A stretch of 64,000 bases of DNA, taken from assembly GCA_024704765.1 (NCBI GenBank), contig JAKMXF010000233.1, positions 1-64,000 on the forward strand, written 5' to 3'. The DNA is from Oopsacas minuta (Eukaryota; Animalia; Porifera). The position numbers were made by a program, and so were the translations under genes. This document shows, in pieces, positions 22,898-35,064 of the stretch (its first letter is position 1; every line of letters begins with the position of its first letter). The notes beneath the pieces were generated by a model that was not told the DNA's origin, ran no database searches, and saw only the letters and a list, made by a program, of their open reading frames with translations.

Positions 22898-23652
22898 TGC
22901 ACACAAATGTCATACTGTCCCCTCTTTAATGTGTCCAGTGTCTCGTAAATTCTCTATCTCGAGTCCAACTTTTTATTGGTCAAAAGTGCTTATTTTTGGT
23001 ATTTATTTAATTCTTATACTTATTTTTAATGATTTTGTTCTCAATAGTCTACGTAGGCTAATTCGATTAGGTGAAGACTGTGAAGACAGAATTTTGTTTA
23101 TTCATGATATAGGTTTTGTCATTTAATGAGGGTTTTGCTTCTCTCGCGCATCTAACGTCGTTAAAAAGTTCAGTCATGGGTGCTCCGTGGTTCATACACC
23201 GGCTTGAACCTAAACTCCATGAGTTTATATAAGAAATAGTCAAATAGAAGGTAATGGATCCAAATAATTACGTACTGTAGAGTTCGCCTATTAGCAAGGC
23301 ACGATTTTCCAATACTACTACACAATTTCCATGGCTATTTCTACTATACAAATTAGAGGAACAATTTCGAATACAATATACACTATATTTTTTCAATAAC
23401 ACTTTCTAATAGAGGAATCCAGCAGTCCTAGCTACAGTATTACCAATTTTAATATTGACGAATTAAGGATGCCAATTTGAATACAAATTTCTTATTCCAT
23501 TCCTAATAAATATATAATATTATAATACAAACTTTACAGATACATACTATAGTTTTCAAGTGGGATAAATATACGTATATAGATACATGCAATATCACAG
23601 GGAAGCTTGGCCAAACAATGAAATTCGTTTTATTCGATTAATGTTGTTATTA

Positions 23653-24786
23653 TTATCGGTTTTCCTCTTCTCTTTCTTCGTTTCTTCTCGTTTCTATTTG
23701 TGGAACCTGCATCTCATCCTGAATATTTATTCTCTCTCGAATGAATTTCTCTAACAATTCTTCATTTTCACTATATATGAGATCATCCTTCAGCATTATT
23801 CTGCAAGCTTTCTTGGCCGCATACTTAGCTATCTCTATTTTCTTCTTATCGGGTAAATCCTTAGTTATTGGATCACCAAGTGTATCTTTATATACCTTAT
23901 GGTATTCTTCTACTGCACTTCTCCGTTGTGTTTCATTCTTGCTGTTAGTGTCTTCAATTCTATAGTTGGGATTTGTCATTTCTTTGACCTGTATAATTAT
24001 CCTATTGAGTTTGTCGCCTACTAGCGAGAGTTTATATTTTACTCTCTGTTGGTTTAAATCCCTTTCCATTTCTTCAATTTCTTTGAATTTCACCTTTCTA
24101 GATTTTCCAATATTATATGCCCTTATAAACCAGATTGATAATGCTATTGTTGCACCTATGGCTAACCCTATTACAGCGCCACCCCCGATTATTCCCGCTG
24201 CACACCCAGCTATACCTCCTATCCCTATCCCAGATAGAATGTTGGTTATAGATATCAAGCTAACTTTAACACCGATTGCTGTTCCGATTACTGCTCCGCA
24301 ACCTCCAGTACCTCCCAGACCTGTGCCGACCATTGAGGTAATTCCTGTGATTGTTATCGTTTTGCAACTATTTCTTATTATTTTTTCTAGAGGCTGTATT
24401 TCAGTTCTATTCGTGTCTAATAAGTATTCTTTGGCGTATTCTTGTATCATAGTCTCTACTCTTTCTAGCTTTTCTATGTTTAACATGAGCCATTCTATGT
24501 AGAGCAAAGTTCGGTTAAGCAACGTATTTATTTCTTCTAGTTTTTTCCGTAATTTCATAGGATTTGTCCTACTCGTATTCCCGTTCATCTTATCACCTAC
24601 TTTTGTGATAAGATCCTTACTCAAAAGTCCAATTGTTTCATCGGTTAGTACTAAGATACAACTTTTAACTGACTTTTGTGTCCCTTGGTAATCATCATGC
24701 ATTTTCTTGATAATTTCTTGCAAAGTTTGAACTGGTGGATTATCTGGGTTAACATTTATTTCATTATCATCAATGTTCTCAGCCAT
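23653..24786 (-). CDS. Uncharacterised 377-aa protein: helical/coiled-coil flanks around a long glycine-zipper hydrophobic segment
   Basis: Long intronless ORF with an ATG. The central hydrophobic stretch of about 75 aa has repeated GxxxG (GAVIGTAIG; GGIAGCAAGIIGGGAVIGLAIG). Confidence 0.8.
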   Translation of the reverse strand: MAENIDDNEINVNPDNPPVQTLQEIIKKMHDDYQGTQKSVKSCILVLTDETIGLLSKDLITKVGDKMNGNTSRTNPMKLRKKLEEINTLLNRTLLYIEWLMLNIEKLERVETMIQEYAKEYLLDTNRTEIQPLEKIIRNSCKTITITGITSMVGTGLGGTGGCGAVIGTAIGVKVSLISITNILSGIGIGGIAGCAAGIIGGGAVIGLAIGATIALSIWFIRAYNIGKSRKVKFKEIEEMERDLNQQRVKYKLSLVGDKLNRIIIQVKEMTNPNYRIEDTNSKNETQRRSAVEEYHKVYKDTLGDPITKDLPDKKKIEIAKYAAKKACRIMLKDDLIYSENEELLEKFIRERINIQDEMQVPQIETRRNEEREEENR

Positions 24787-26309
24787 ACCTTCAATTCAAT
24801 TTATGCAACACTAAGTTACGAGTATATTTCAGAAATATATACATGATGTGTGAGGGATATATTTCCCACTCTGGGTAATTAAATCAGTTATGCATATTCA
24901 CAGGATATAACCTAATACTCTGTGTTATTAATAATATTAATCCAGCGATACTATAGAGAAAATGAAATATTTATATAACTGTTGTATTTGTAACTTTGTT
25001 TCAGCTCCACTGCCCAAATATGATTTGCTACTGCAAGAATATTGTTATGATTAACATTTTTGCCATTATTTTACCATTACTCAATCTAATTCAGATACAC
25101 GATGTATAAGTAGGTGATAGGGTGAGGCGTCATTGTCATATTTTTTGCATTTTCGACAAATCATATTGTCAGCCACTACTCAGCCAATATACATGATAGA
25201 AGTTTGAAATTTGAATCACAGATCCCCCTCAATATGCCAAATGTCATGACTTTATCACTTTGACCAATTGCGAACTCATCATGAATTATTACGTCACAAG
25301 ACTACAAAAAATTAAAATAGTACAATAGTGTTCATTTCGTTATTACTCACTATAATAGGTTTAATTTCTCAGAAAATTTTAAAGTGAGAAGGTAGAAATG
25401 TAAGTTGTGTTCGAATACGTGAGCGTGAGTCTCATTGGATCCCTGAGACTTGACCACTATGCTGGTCAAGCAACTACGAGACAGGCTAGCTCTATGGACA
25501 TCTATATGGATATGTTTCCCACAATTATTTCTTTAGCCTGTTTGGAAAATGGTGCTTTATCTCTTTTTTTATGTGAGTGAAGTCGCCTACCAGCCCCAAT
25601 GTTTCAGTTGTCCAGCGGCTAAGTCATTATTTTTCAGAGTGTCTAAAAATCAAAATGAGTTGTTTTATCTGGTAATCAGGGGAATCTCACTTATGCCAGA
25701 TAGGAAAATTGCTATTTCAAGACTTTTTGTTTCAAAAATTTCTGGGAGCGGTTCCCTGGTGGACAATCCCCCCTCGATGATGCCTATGACCTGACAACAC
25801 TGCTGATTTTCACTAATACGTCACAAAGCAATGAACTAATTAAAGTGTAAAACCTCCTGCATAATAAAATTCATCTGATGTAGAGCTGAGAAAGAATTAT
25901 CATTAAAAGAAATTTTAGCAGTTAGCTCTGCTCAGATAGTGAGGTACTAAGTATTATGGCATAGATGGTTTCAAAGCGTATTTTTCCGCCAGACCAGTGT
26001 TCTCTTTCGTCGGGCAGCACATCTTACGGGGGTGTTGTCAAAAATCCTGGTAGTACTGGCAAAAGTATGATAAATACGGGCAAATATCCTGTAGATCGAA
26101 CTTTTTAAGCGAAAAATTGGGGGGGCGTAAGGTCTAAAAACAAGAAACTCCTGAGAATACTCCTCGGATTCCTTAGAGGGAACACTGCAGCAGATATCAC
26201 CAAATCCCGACAGATTACATAATTCTCTAACTCCCATTTCCATACACAAAATAGGGATAACTATTCTTTTATTATAATTAAAATTAATTATCCTAACAAT
26301 ACATTAGGC

Positions 26310-27446
26310 ATGTCAGATGAAATTCCGCTTTTGGTGATTGATAATGCTTCTGGTATGATAAAGGCTGGATATGGTGGAGACGATAATCCTTACGCTGTCT
26401 TTCCTAATATCGTGGGTCATCCGCGTCATTCAGGGGTCATGGTAGGGATGAGTCAGCAAACTTATTGTGTAGGAGACGGGTATTCATACAGACGTGGAGT
26501 TCTTAAGTTTACTTCCCCCATTGATAAAGGTGTTGTTACAAACTGGGATGATATGGAGCATATCTGGCATCACACGTTCTATAACGAACTACGTATGGCA
26601 CCAGAAGAGTGTGGAGTTCTACTCACAGAACAACCTCTTAATCCTAAAGCTAACAAAGAGAAAATGGCTCAGATTATGTTTGAGTCATTCAACATTCCTT
26701 TACTTTACTTGTCAACTTGTCCTGTGCTATCTCTCTATGCTTCTGGTCGTACAACTGGACTCGTTATTGAATCGGGAGCAGAAGTAACTCATATCGTGCC
26801 AATATTCCACCAGCATCAAATCTCTTCTACTAACCACCATGTAGATTTTGCTGGAGCACAATTGACTGATTACTTGCAGAAGTTATTTTGTGAGCGTGGG
26901 TACTCATTCTGTACAACAGCTGAACACGAAATAGTACGTGATATTAAAGAGAAATTGTGTTATGTAGCTATAAACCATGATCAAGAGACACATAAATGTA
27001 ATTCAAGTTCTGAATTAGAGAAGAATTATGAGTTACCTGATGGTAACATTATAACTTTAGGTTATGAGAGATTCCAGTGTACTGAAGCTATATTCTGTCC
27101 TTCTCTGATAGAAAATAGCTCAGAAGGATTACATAAACTAGTCCATGACTCTATCATAATGTGTGACAATGAAATACGACCGTTTCTCTACTCTAATGTT
27201 GTCCTTTCTGGAGGGAACACTATGTTTCCTGGATTTAGAGAGCGTATTCAAAAGGAATTGTCCCACTTAAACAGCACAGCTCCAGCTGCGACTATTAAAG
27301 TAATTTCTCCTCCTAATAGAAAGTACAGTGCTTGGATAGGAGGATCTATGCTAGCGTCTCTCTCATACTTTGAACAAATGTGTTTCAATAAGCAAGAATA
27401 TGATGAATATGGACCCTACATTATGCATAGAAAGTTCATATTGTAA
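26310..27446 (+). CDS. Divergent actin paralog, intronless, 378 aa
   Basis: Colinear with actin ([69 protein letters not shown]) but with many substitutions. Confidence 0.95.
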   Translation: MSDEIPLLVIDNASGMIKAGYGGDDNPYAVFPNIVGHPRHSGVMVGMSQQTYCVGDGYSYRRGVLKFTSPIDKGVVTNWDDMEHIWHHTFYNELRMAPEECGVLLTEQPLNPKANKEKMAQIMFESFNIPLLYLSTCPVLSLYASGRTTGLVIESGAEVTHIVPIFHQHQISSTNHHVDFAGAQLTDYLQKLFCERGYSFCTTAEHEIVRDIKEKLCYVAINHDQETHKCNSSSELEKNYELPDGNIITLGYERFQCTEAIFCPSLIENSSEGLHKLVHDSIIMCDNEIRPFLYSNVVLSGGNTMFPGFRERIQKELSHLNSTAPAATIKVISPPNRKYSAWIGGSMLASLSYFEQMCFNKQEYDEYGPYIMHRKFIL

Positions 27447-28014
27447 TTCTTTGTAGTTTTTGCATAAAATATTGTAAATAGAGATAAAAACATCCGTCTA
27501 TATGTTCGTTCTTGCACCGTACGAAATCTTGCAGTCCAATTCAAATGAAAATTGGTACACATATAAATTTTGGGTCGGAGATTGTACTTCGGATATGAAA
27601 TATTTATGTTGTGATTTTTTCACACCTTATATGTAAAATTCAAAAATTTGTTAGTTCGCCTTCAGTATCAGATCCTGAATTCATTAGTTTATACTTAATG
27701 ACAAAATATTGAATATATATTTATCAAAATAATCCGTTTATTATCTATCATGAATGGAAACCGCCTATAAAATCGGATCTTGCAAGATTTTTCCTTCCTA
27801 ATAGGCGGCTTTTGCTATTAGACGAATTGCTAATTGGCGGTTTCCACTATACTATTTTGTTCCTTCTAACTAAAGCGCTAGTTTACTTATAACATACACT
27901 AGAAAAGGAAATATAGAAGTATAAATGAAGCGCAGATAATTGGTTAAATACTAATCTTTGTAACTGATCTTGTTGGTGGTTAACTGGTTGTACAGTTGAT
28001 TATATTCTTCTTCG

Positions 28015-28703
28015 TCAGAAATACAAATCATTACTTGGTACCTTCTTTTTGAATTCTAGATGGAAAATGTATAGTTCACTGGAAAAATCAATGTTAACAA
28101 AATATCCAAATAATACTTTAACAGCTGGCAGTGAAACGTAAGGTAGGATTGGATACAGTTTGTCTATACTAACAGACTTAGCATCATTAAATTTCATAAA
28201 ATGTACTATATCAATATCTTCATCTTCACAGGTTAAAGCATACAATATTTTCCTGGAGAAATTAGTGTATATCTCATCGACAATTCCTACTATCTTAATA
28301 TCTTCAAACTTTTCTCTTTCTTCTAATATATTTCATGCAATTCTGAATTGAAAACTTCTATACTCTCGTTAATAATCATATATTTAATATGATAGTTACT
28401 TGTGACAGTCTGCTCCAATATGTTTCTAATAGCTTCCCTGTCTAGACTTCTAGTTGGAGCACTAACTATTATAATATACAGAGGTTTCTCTCTCAGAGAA
28501 CGCTTATCTTGTTTATCAATATTCTCTCTGGTATCTGCATTCACTAAATCCGTCTCTACTTTGGCATCTTCATTATGATTTCTAAACATAGGATACGTTC
28601 CACAATTGATCCATAATACTAATACACAATTTTCAAAACCAATAATAATAATTATAAACAATAAGAATTTGACTAGAAAGTCTTCTCGAGTAAAGTAATA
28701 CAT
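28015..28703 (-). pseudogene. Beta-1,3-glycosyltransferase (GT31/B3GALT-like) gene with frameshift
   Basis: Type II TM anchor and IIIVSAP...REAIR motif. After a 2-nt shift at about 28325-28332 (ATATAT) it reads ILEEREKFEDIKIVGIVDEIYTNFSRKILYAL...FMKFND. The DDD motif is eroded and an early stop occurs at 28015. Confidence 0.6.
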
Positions 28704-31049
28704 TTTGGGCAAAAATAATTTGTGTGAATATAAGTTTTGTGTATAATATTGTTATATACTACACTAATATAAATTTGAGGTTAAGAAATCCCATAAAAAA
28801 TCCTGAAAATATTTCTCTAATTCCTCACACTCTTTGAAATCAAGAAATGCAAGAGAACTTATGTATATAGCCAGTACTTTATATTGTTAAGGACAATTGA
28901 TTAGAGATAAATAATTGTTTAAGCAAAATCTCTGTGTCACTCTTTTGGAAATACAAAAAGAAGGGAGGCTTTACATTAATCTCCATGTGCTGGTCATCAC
29001 ACCGAATTTACGGTTTAACGCAAAATATAGACAAGGATAATATAATAGTGTCTGTGAAAAATATGACCCTTACACAATATTGAGTTGATAATTTGCAAAA
29101 TTTACTAGAATAAATCCAAAATTTAATACTTCGTAATACGAGTTTTTGCTACAAATGCTGGTTTGTTGTGTGGTCACTTGGGGTGTATGACTTAGGCATT
29201 AAAGAGCTAAATTTTATCGTGTTATTGGTCACAATGACGGCATGGGTGTAATTTTCGTCCAAGACTCGAACTGTTCCAGGCCCAAAATCAGCCCTGGGGT
29301 CTTGCAATTTCTTTTATCAATACAAACATAGATGCCTGATATAAGAAGCTTAACTTGATTTACTGAATCTTTTGTATTCTACTCCATGGAATTTTTACCA
29401 GATATAAGAACATTATGTCCAGTTCCCGTCGATGTTCTTATAACCGGCATCCACTGTATTCACATATGGGTTTACTTATACAGAGATCATCGGTGGTCTA
29501 ATTAAAGCCCCTATCCATCATCTACCGAAGATTGCTACATTTCACCGATGAGATCTACAAGTCAGGGAAAGACATTACACAACATCTAACAAATTGATCA
29601 TTGGTGATAGAGATAGATGATCGCAGGATAAATATTTCTGATACAGTAAACATTGGGTTTAACGACAAATTTTTCTTCCCCAGAAATACTCAGTAGTATA
29701 TGAAGCTACATAGGATTTAGAGACCTTATTTTTGCCTGCCCAAACGAGTGTCGTTAAATCCAATGTTTACTATGTATAGATTAATTACGTTTGAATAATA
29801 GATAACAAGGAAATAGATGGATTGCGAAGATCGTTGATATGTACAAAACTAATACGCTCAGTACTAGCCTAACAGCATCGAAGGGGAACTACATAAGGCT
29901 AATTATAACAAACTTGAGAATGGAATGAGTGACTAATCAAAGAATTAAATCTTAGAAGCACCCTGTGCAAACTTTACAATAAATTTAATACATTTAACCG
30001 AATTAAATATCATTCTATAATATAAGGGTATCGGAAGACTCCCAGAGCATAAAGCTCAACTTACCTGTAGTGTATTTGATGAAAGTTCTGTAGAAGTATA
30101 TAAAGCAATAACAAATCTTAACTCAACCGATATAATTACTTGTAATAATTCTATTCTCAATTCTTCCACATTTCTTTGTTTTAAACTTTGAATAGTATCC
30201 CATTCCAAAATAGTATTCTCTAGAAAATTCGATATAATTATTCGCAATAATGATTTTCTATTATTTTTGTTGATGTTTACATTATTGCTTGTTTGTTTAC
30301 CACAATAACTAGTTTACAAACAAACTAGCGGGACATTTGCTTTTTAGACGGCCTAACAAAAATGTGAAAGTTGCACTTTTTGGCACAACACTTGGGACAA
30401 TTATAATTATGTTATAAGTTAGAATTCCACACAGCAAACAATTAGCATATTACAGTGAGCTCAACCTGGAAACCTTCAATATCTTGAGATTCATCAAAAT
30501 TCTCACGATTCTATCGTGAGATGTGGAATTTAGCATTAGTTTTCTATGAGAAGATCAGGATTTATGTGTAGTATTGTAGCCCAGAATTATGAGACTCATG
30601 ACGAGATCGTGAGAGTTGAGAGCCTTGATGTTAGTGTCCACGAATATTTACATCACATCGATATTTATGTACCGCATTTACACTTTACGTATGTATACAT
30701 TGACTAAACATGGTGTGAAAGCGGGAGAATTCTCCTGCTTTTTCAAATTATTTCTTTTGGGAACTTTAGGATAAAATTTGAGCTACCTCTGCCAACTATC
30801 AACTGAATGCCGCGACTTCTACAGCGATTATGCATTGTTGCTCACCTGCTATTGGTCGTTCCTGCAACCAATGCAGTAACCGCCGATCCTTTTCTACAAT
30901 GAGACGAATATAATTTATACGACCCACCTCGGCCACCCCCGTCCAAAATTTGGATTATTTGAGGAAGGCGAAATCTTTACTTCTTCCAACATTTCAGGTA
31001 GGTAGACATAAGCCTAACTACCCTCTAATTAATATTTGGAATCGACACC

Positions 31050-31548
31050 ACTGCCTACTGAACTTCATGTTTATCCTCACAACCTATGGATAAAATTGTG
31101 GATGATTATCCTACAATTACCCCTTATATAACTTTAAAACGAGATCTTTAGCATCAATTTGGAATATGTACAAAAAGGTGTGAAAATATAATTAATCATT
31201 TAATAAAGCATGTAGATTTAGATTTGAAAGTGCGAAATTGAAATCTACAAGTTCATACTCGATTACCTCTGAATAGCAGTTAAAAACCTCGAAATTTCTA
31301 GCACCATTTTGAAATATTAACAAAATTGTGTGAAAATATGATTAATTATATGATAAATCTGTGAATTTGTAACTTTCAGAATGTGTAAAAATATGAATAA
31401 TCACCAAAAAGGTGTGAAATATTCAATTCATACTCGAGGTGCAAATCTCCGACCCAAAATGTATATGTGAATCGGACTGCTAGATTTCGCACGGCCGCAC
31501 ATTGTCCATGCAATTAGGGCATCTCCCTATAGGAGCTGCACTAAAAAA
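31050..31548 (-). mobile_element. Copy of a dispersed Helentron/HINE-like non-autonomous family
   Basis: Shared 5' motif TTAGTGCAGCTCCTATAGGGAGATG...ATGGAC(A/G)ATGTGCG and internal ATATGATTAATCATATTTTCACACC. Other copies at about 18130, 27500-27640, 35065-35830, 36400, 39924-40260, 48880-48960, 50350-50440 and 51330-51620. The superfamily assignment is inferred. Confidence 0.65.
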
Positions 31549-31798
31549 CTTTCCTAGACTCGAACAATGTCAGAACAAAATAGAATCTACAAAAAATTAA
31601 CTATAAATAATTACAAATCTAATAAAGTAATAAATACAAATCAAAACTAACATCAGATTAATATTGAAATTCCTAGGAAGAAATAGAATAAATTAGAAAG
31701 TACGTAGTTACGTAATATAAATAATATTCAAAGAACCTAGTGCTGCCTACAAAAGTAATGTCTATTTCGAAACTAAGAATTGCTATGAATAAGGCCGG

Positions 31799-33130
31799 TT
31801 AGGGTTCGGCTAAAAATCCCATTATCGAGTCATCAAAAGCATGTAGCCAATCTGTATGATGGGGCGTACCACGAGTACCTGTTATTACAGAGGTGAAAGA
31901 TTTATCGCGATAAGTCAAAATATTCTCTTTTCGGTGATGCTCCCATACTTTCAATTGCTGGTTTACTTGATCAATGTTGAACTTCGGACAGTCAACAAGT
32001 TTGAATATATCTTTCATGTAATCAGTATGGTAATCGATTTGCTCACTCGGGCTAGATAATTTGTCCGCCTTAAGTCTGAATGTATCGATTTCCTTTTGAA
32101 TATCCCTCTCTGACGGTAGGCAAAAAGTACCCAAAATGACATCACGCACAAACCAAGCTTGAGTGTCAAATAATGTAATTGTGTAATATTGGTTTTGCAT
32201 GCCCAGATAGAAGAGTTTATGGTTTTTCTTCCATACCACGCCTTTATATAGATCGGGACAACAATCTGTGTTCTCAGTTTTCAATCTTAGATTTTCCTCT
32301 AAGAATGGGAAATGGCGCAAGTAACCTGTGCATAAGATTATACTATCTACTTTCTGACTATTTCCATCTTTGAAATAGGCCATATTACCTTCTAGCCGAT
32401 CTAGGGACATTTCTTTCACAGTTGAAGGCCATTTGAATCCAATAGGATTCTGTCGATATACGATGGTTATTGACTTAGCACCATATTTGTAACATTGAAT
32501 GGCGATATCTTCTGCTGAATAGCTACTACCTATAACAATCAAGTCTTGTCCAGAAAATTGTTCTGCATTCCGAAAATCATGCGAATGGATAATACGTCCA
32601 GGAAAAGTGTCCATGCCAGGATATTCCGGCACGTAAGGGAAAGACAAATGTCCTGAGGCAACCACAACAAAATCAAACTCTTCTGTTGAGAATGAATCAT
32701 TGATTTTGTCCCAAGTAGTGACACTGAAGGTGTTATTATCAAAGGTTACATTCACAACTTTTATGTTGAATTTGATGTATTTCTTCAAATCAGCCTTCAC
32801 AGCACGGGTAATTATGTAATCACGCATTACTGGTCGAGGTGTGTATGAAGGAATAGCTCTGCCAAAATGTTCATCAAAAGTATAATCTCCAAATTCAAAA
32901 CATTCCTTTGGCGAATTTGACCACATATGTCTGTACATACTGTTAGGTACGCTGTCGCCATATTGATCACTACCCGTTCGCCAAGTCAAATTCCACATTC
33001 CGCCCCAATCCTCCTGTTTTTCATAACATAAAATTTCAGGAATAAGCTTTTGCTGTAATTCAGCTTGTTGAAATGATCTCAAAATTGAAAGGCCGCAGGG
33101 TCCGGCCCCAATAACGAGTACTCTTGGCAT
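31799..33130 (-). CDS. Bacterial-type flavin-containing monooxygenase (Tmm/mFMO-like), intronless, 443 aa
   Basis: FAD motif GAGPCG, EKQEDWGGMWNLTWRTG, SMYRHMWSNSPKEC, FMO fingerprint FPGRIIHSHDF, NADPH motif GSSYSAEDI, CYKYGAK and C-terminal HHTDWLHAFDDS. No animal-FMO C-terminal membrane anchor. Confidence 0.95.
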   Translation of the reverse strand: MPRVLVIGAGPCGLSILRSFQQAELQQKLIPEILCYEKQEDWGGMWNLTWRTGSDQYGDSVPNSMYRHMWSNSPKECFEFGDYTFDEHFGRAIPSYTPRPVMRDYIITRAVKADLKKYIKFNIKVVNVTFDNNTFSVTTWDKINDSFSTEEFDFVVVASGHLSFPYVPEYPGMDTFPGRIIHSHDFRNAEQFSGQDLIVIGSSYSAEDIAIQCYKYGAKSITIVYRQNPIGFKWPSTVKEMSLDRLEGNMAYFKDGNSQKVDSIILCTGYLRHFPFLEENLRLKTENTDCCPDLYKGVVWKKNHKLFYLGMQNQYYTITLFDTQAWFVRDVILGTFCLPSERDIQKEIDTFRLKADKLSSPSEQIDYHTDYMKDIFKLVDCPKFNIDQVNQQLKVWEHHRKENILTYRDKSFTSVITGTRGTPHHTDWLHAFDDSIMGFLAEP

Positions 33131-34398
33131 AAAATTCTAATACAATCAAAATAATGTGAAAATACGAAAAAATTTCAGATAAAATAAATAAGAAAAAATT
33201 GCAACTGTTGTTGTTTGTCTGTTTTCTTGTGCGTTGTCATAGAAAGAATTTATGGAATGCTATTTTTGATTCGAATTTTTCAATTCTGAGATGTCGCATA
33301 ACGATGTATATCAAATATGCTGAGCATGTATCAGGGAATATTGCAATTCTTTGCACAAATATATACAAATTTCGTAGAATTGTATCCCAGCTTTGTGCCA
33401 GAGCCATAGACACCGAATATTCTCAGAACAAATATGCCATTAGTCAACCAGAATTTTACTATGGTTTAGTGTCAGGATCATAGGCGCTGAACCCGGGGGA
33501 TGGGGCTCGAGCCCGCCCCCCCTCGCTTAGATACAGCCCCATAGAGCTGATACAATATATATATATATATGTGTGTGAGCCCATTGGAGCGTTCAAATTG
33601 TTTGAAAGTTTGGCGCCCCTGGTCAGGATTGCCCTTGGATGTTGCCACAATGTTTCACTACCTCCTGATTTTAGTTTTTGGCGGTGGCGATATCTATAAT
33701 CAAATTCAAAATTCCATAGGGACCCAAAATTCCCTGACAGCACGTGGTGTAGAGAATACGGCCGTCGCGCAGCGACCTAGCAAGTGAAGTGTGCTAGTGT
33801 TAGCAATCATAATTTGTCGTACAAAGCAAACGCCCCCAGGCCAGGGCTCTCAACTTTCACCACTCACGATTTTGTCTACGATAGGCTCGTGAGATTTTTC
33901 GCGAATTTCACAATTTTGAAAGTTACCAATTTGAGAGCCCAGCCAAATGGTTATTCACATGAGAAGTACATCACTACATGCCCCTAATCCTAAGGATTGC
34001 AAGTGGGAATAAAATATGATTACCATTGCCATCTCATTCCTACAGGATTCCCATATGGGAATCGCGTAAAAATTATATTTTCCGACAAGATTCCCCTGTA
34101 GAGGCTGTTGAGTCGATCTCTATGTAAAACAGTGACAGATCAACTCAACAGCTTTAATTGGTGCATCACTATAATTGTACCCTTACCTCAACAGTGCTGA
34201 TTCTCCTCTACCCTCAATGAGAGAACATTTCCATATTCAATTCTTCAACAGAATAACTCCTTTCTTCTTCTGCAATTACAATATTACTTGTGTATTACTG
34301 ATGTATCTCTTCTCTCTCTCCAATCCTCGCATCTCCCCACTATGGAGGTTCATTAGCCCACAGTTCACTTAGTTTCATGTTTGGAAATATAATCGGTG

Positions 34399-35062
34399 AA
34401 CTATAGTAATGCACACCTTGATGAAATGGGTTTTAATGAAGATGTGGTTATTGTAGTGTGGTAGAACTTAGAAAATAATGAAGATAGGTGAAAAAGAACG
34501 CAACAATCCGTCAAGAATTGAGAAAGTTATACTAATTTTCATTTATATTGAAAGAAGCGCATGAATAAGATGCATGCATCACGTACAAGGTTGGCTATGC
34601 TATGGAAGATATTTATTATTAGTACTATGTCGTGTACAGAACATCACACCACGGGGTAATGCTTTCTAATTGCTGCAATAATGTAGTTAAATATGTTCTT
34701 TTATGATATCTTTCAGGATAATGAAATATATACGCCTATTATATATTACTAATCACTTTGCAATTTGACATATATGAATATGTTAAAGTAGAAATATTTA
34801 TCTCATGGTATCCGGTGTGGATCATCTTATTATCATCATACCATAACGAAAGAATATGCACAATGTATAAGCATTCTGAAGTGTCAAAATTAGCATGGTT
34901 TTGGCTTCTTTCAATATAAATAAAAATTAGTCTAACTTTCTCAATTCTTGACTGATTGTTGCGTTCTTTTCACCTATCTTTATTATTTTTTAAGCTCTAC
35001 CACACTACAATAACCACATCTTCATAAAACCCATTTTCATTAAGGTGTGCATTACTATAGTT
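34399..35062. mobile_element. Foldback/MITE with about 158-bp inverted arms
   Basis: 34399-34556 (AACTATAGTAATGCACACCTT...TATATTGAAAGAAGC) is the reverse complement of 34908-35062, at roughly 90% identity by eye. Confidence 0.88.
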
Positions 35063-35064
35063 GT

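Noticed and set aside
23741-24502. Plus-strand ORFs of 74 and 178 aa (Pro/Ile-rich)
   Set aside because: Antisense mirror of the Gly-rich 377-aa gene. The same applies to shadow ORFs over MATE, actin, FMO, TRAF (38687..39055) and DOMON (52220..53134).
30056-30247. 63-aa minus-strand ORF ending at a CAG|GTAAG donor
   Set aside because: No ATG (TTG start), no recognisable motif and no partner exon found.
31799-33130. FMO as bacterial contamination
   Set aside because: No neighbouring bacterial genes, host-like base composition, and host repeat families on both sides. A read-level check is still advisable.
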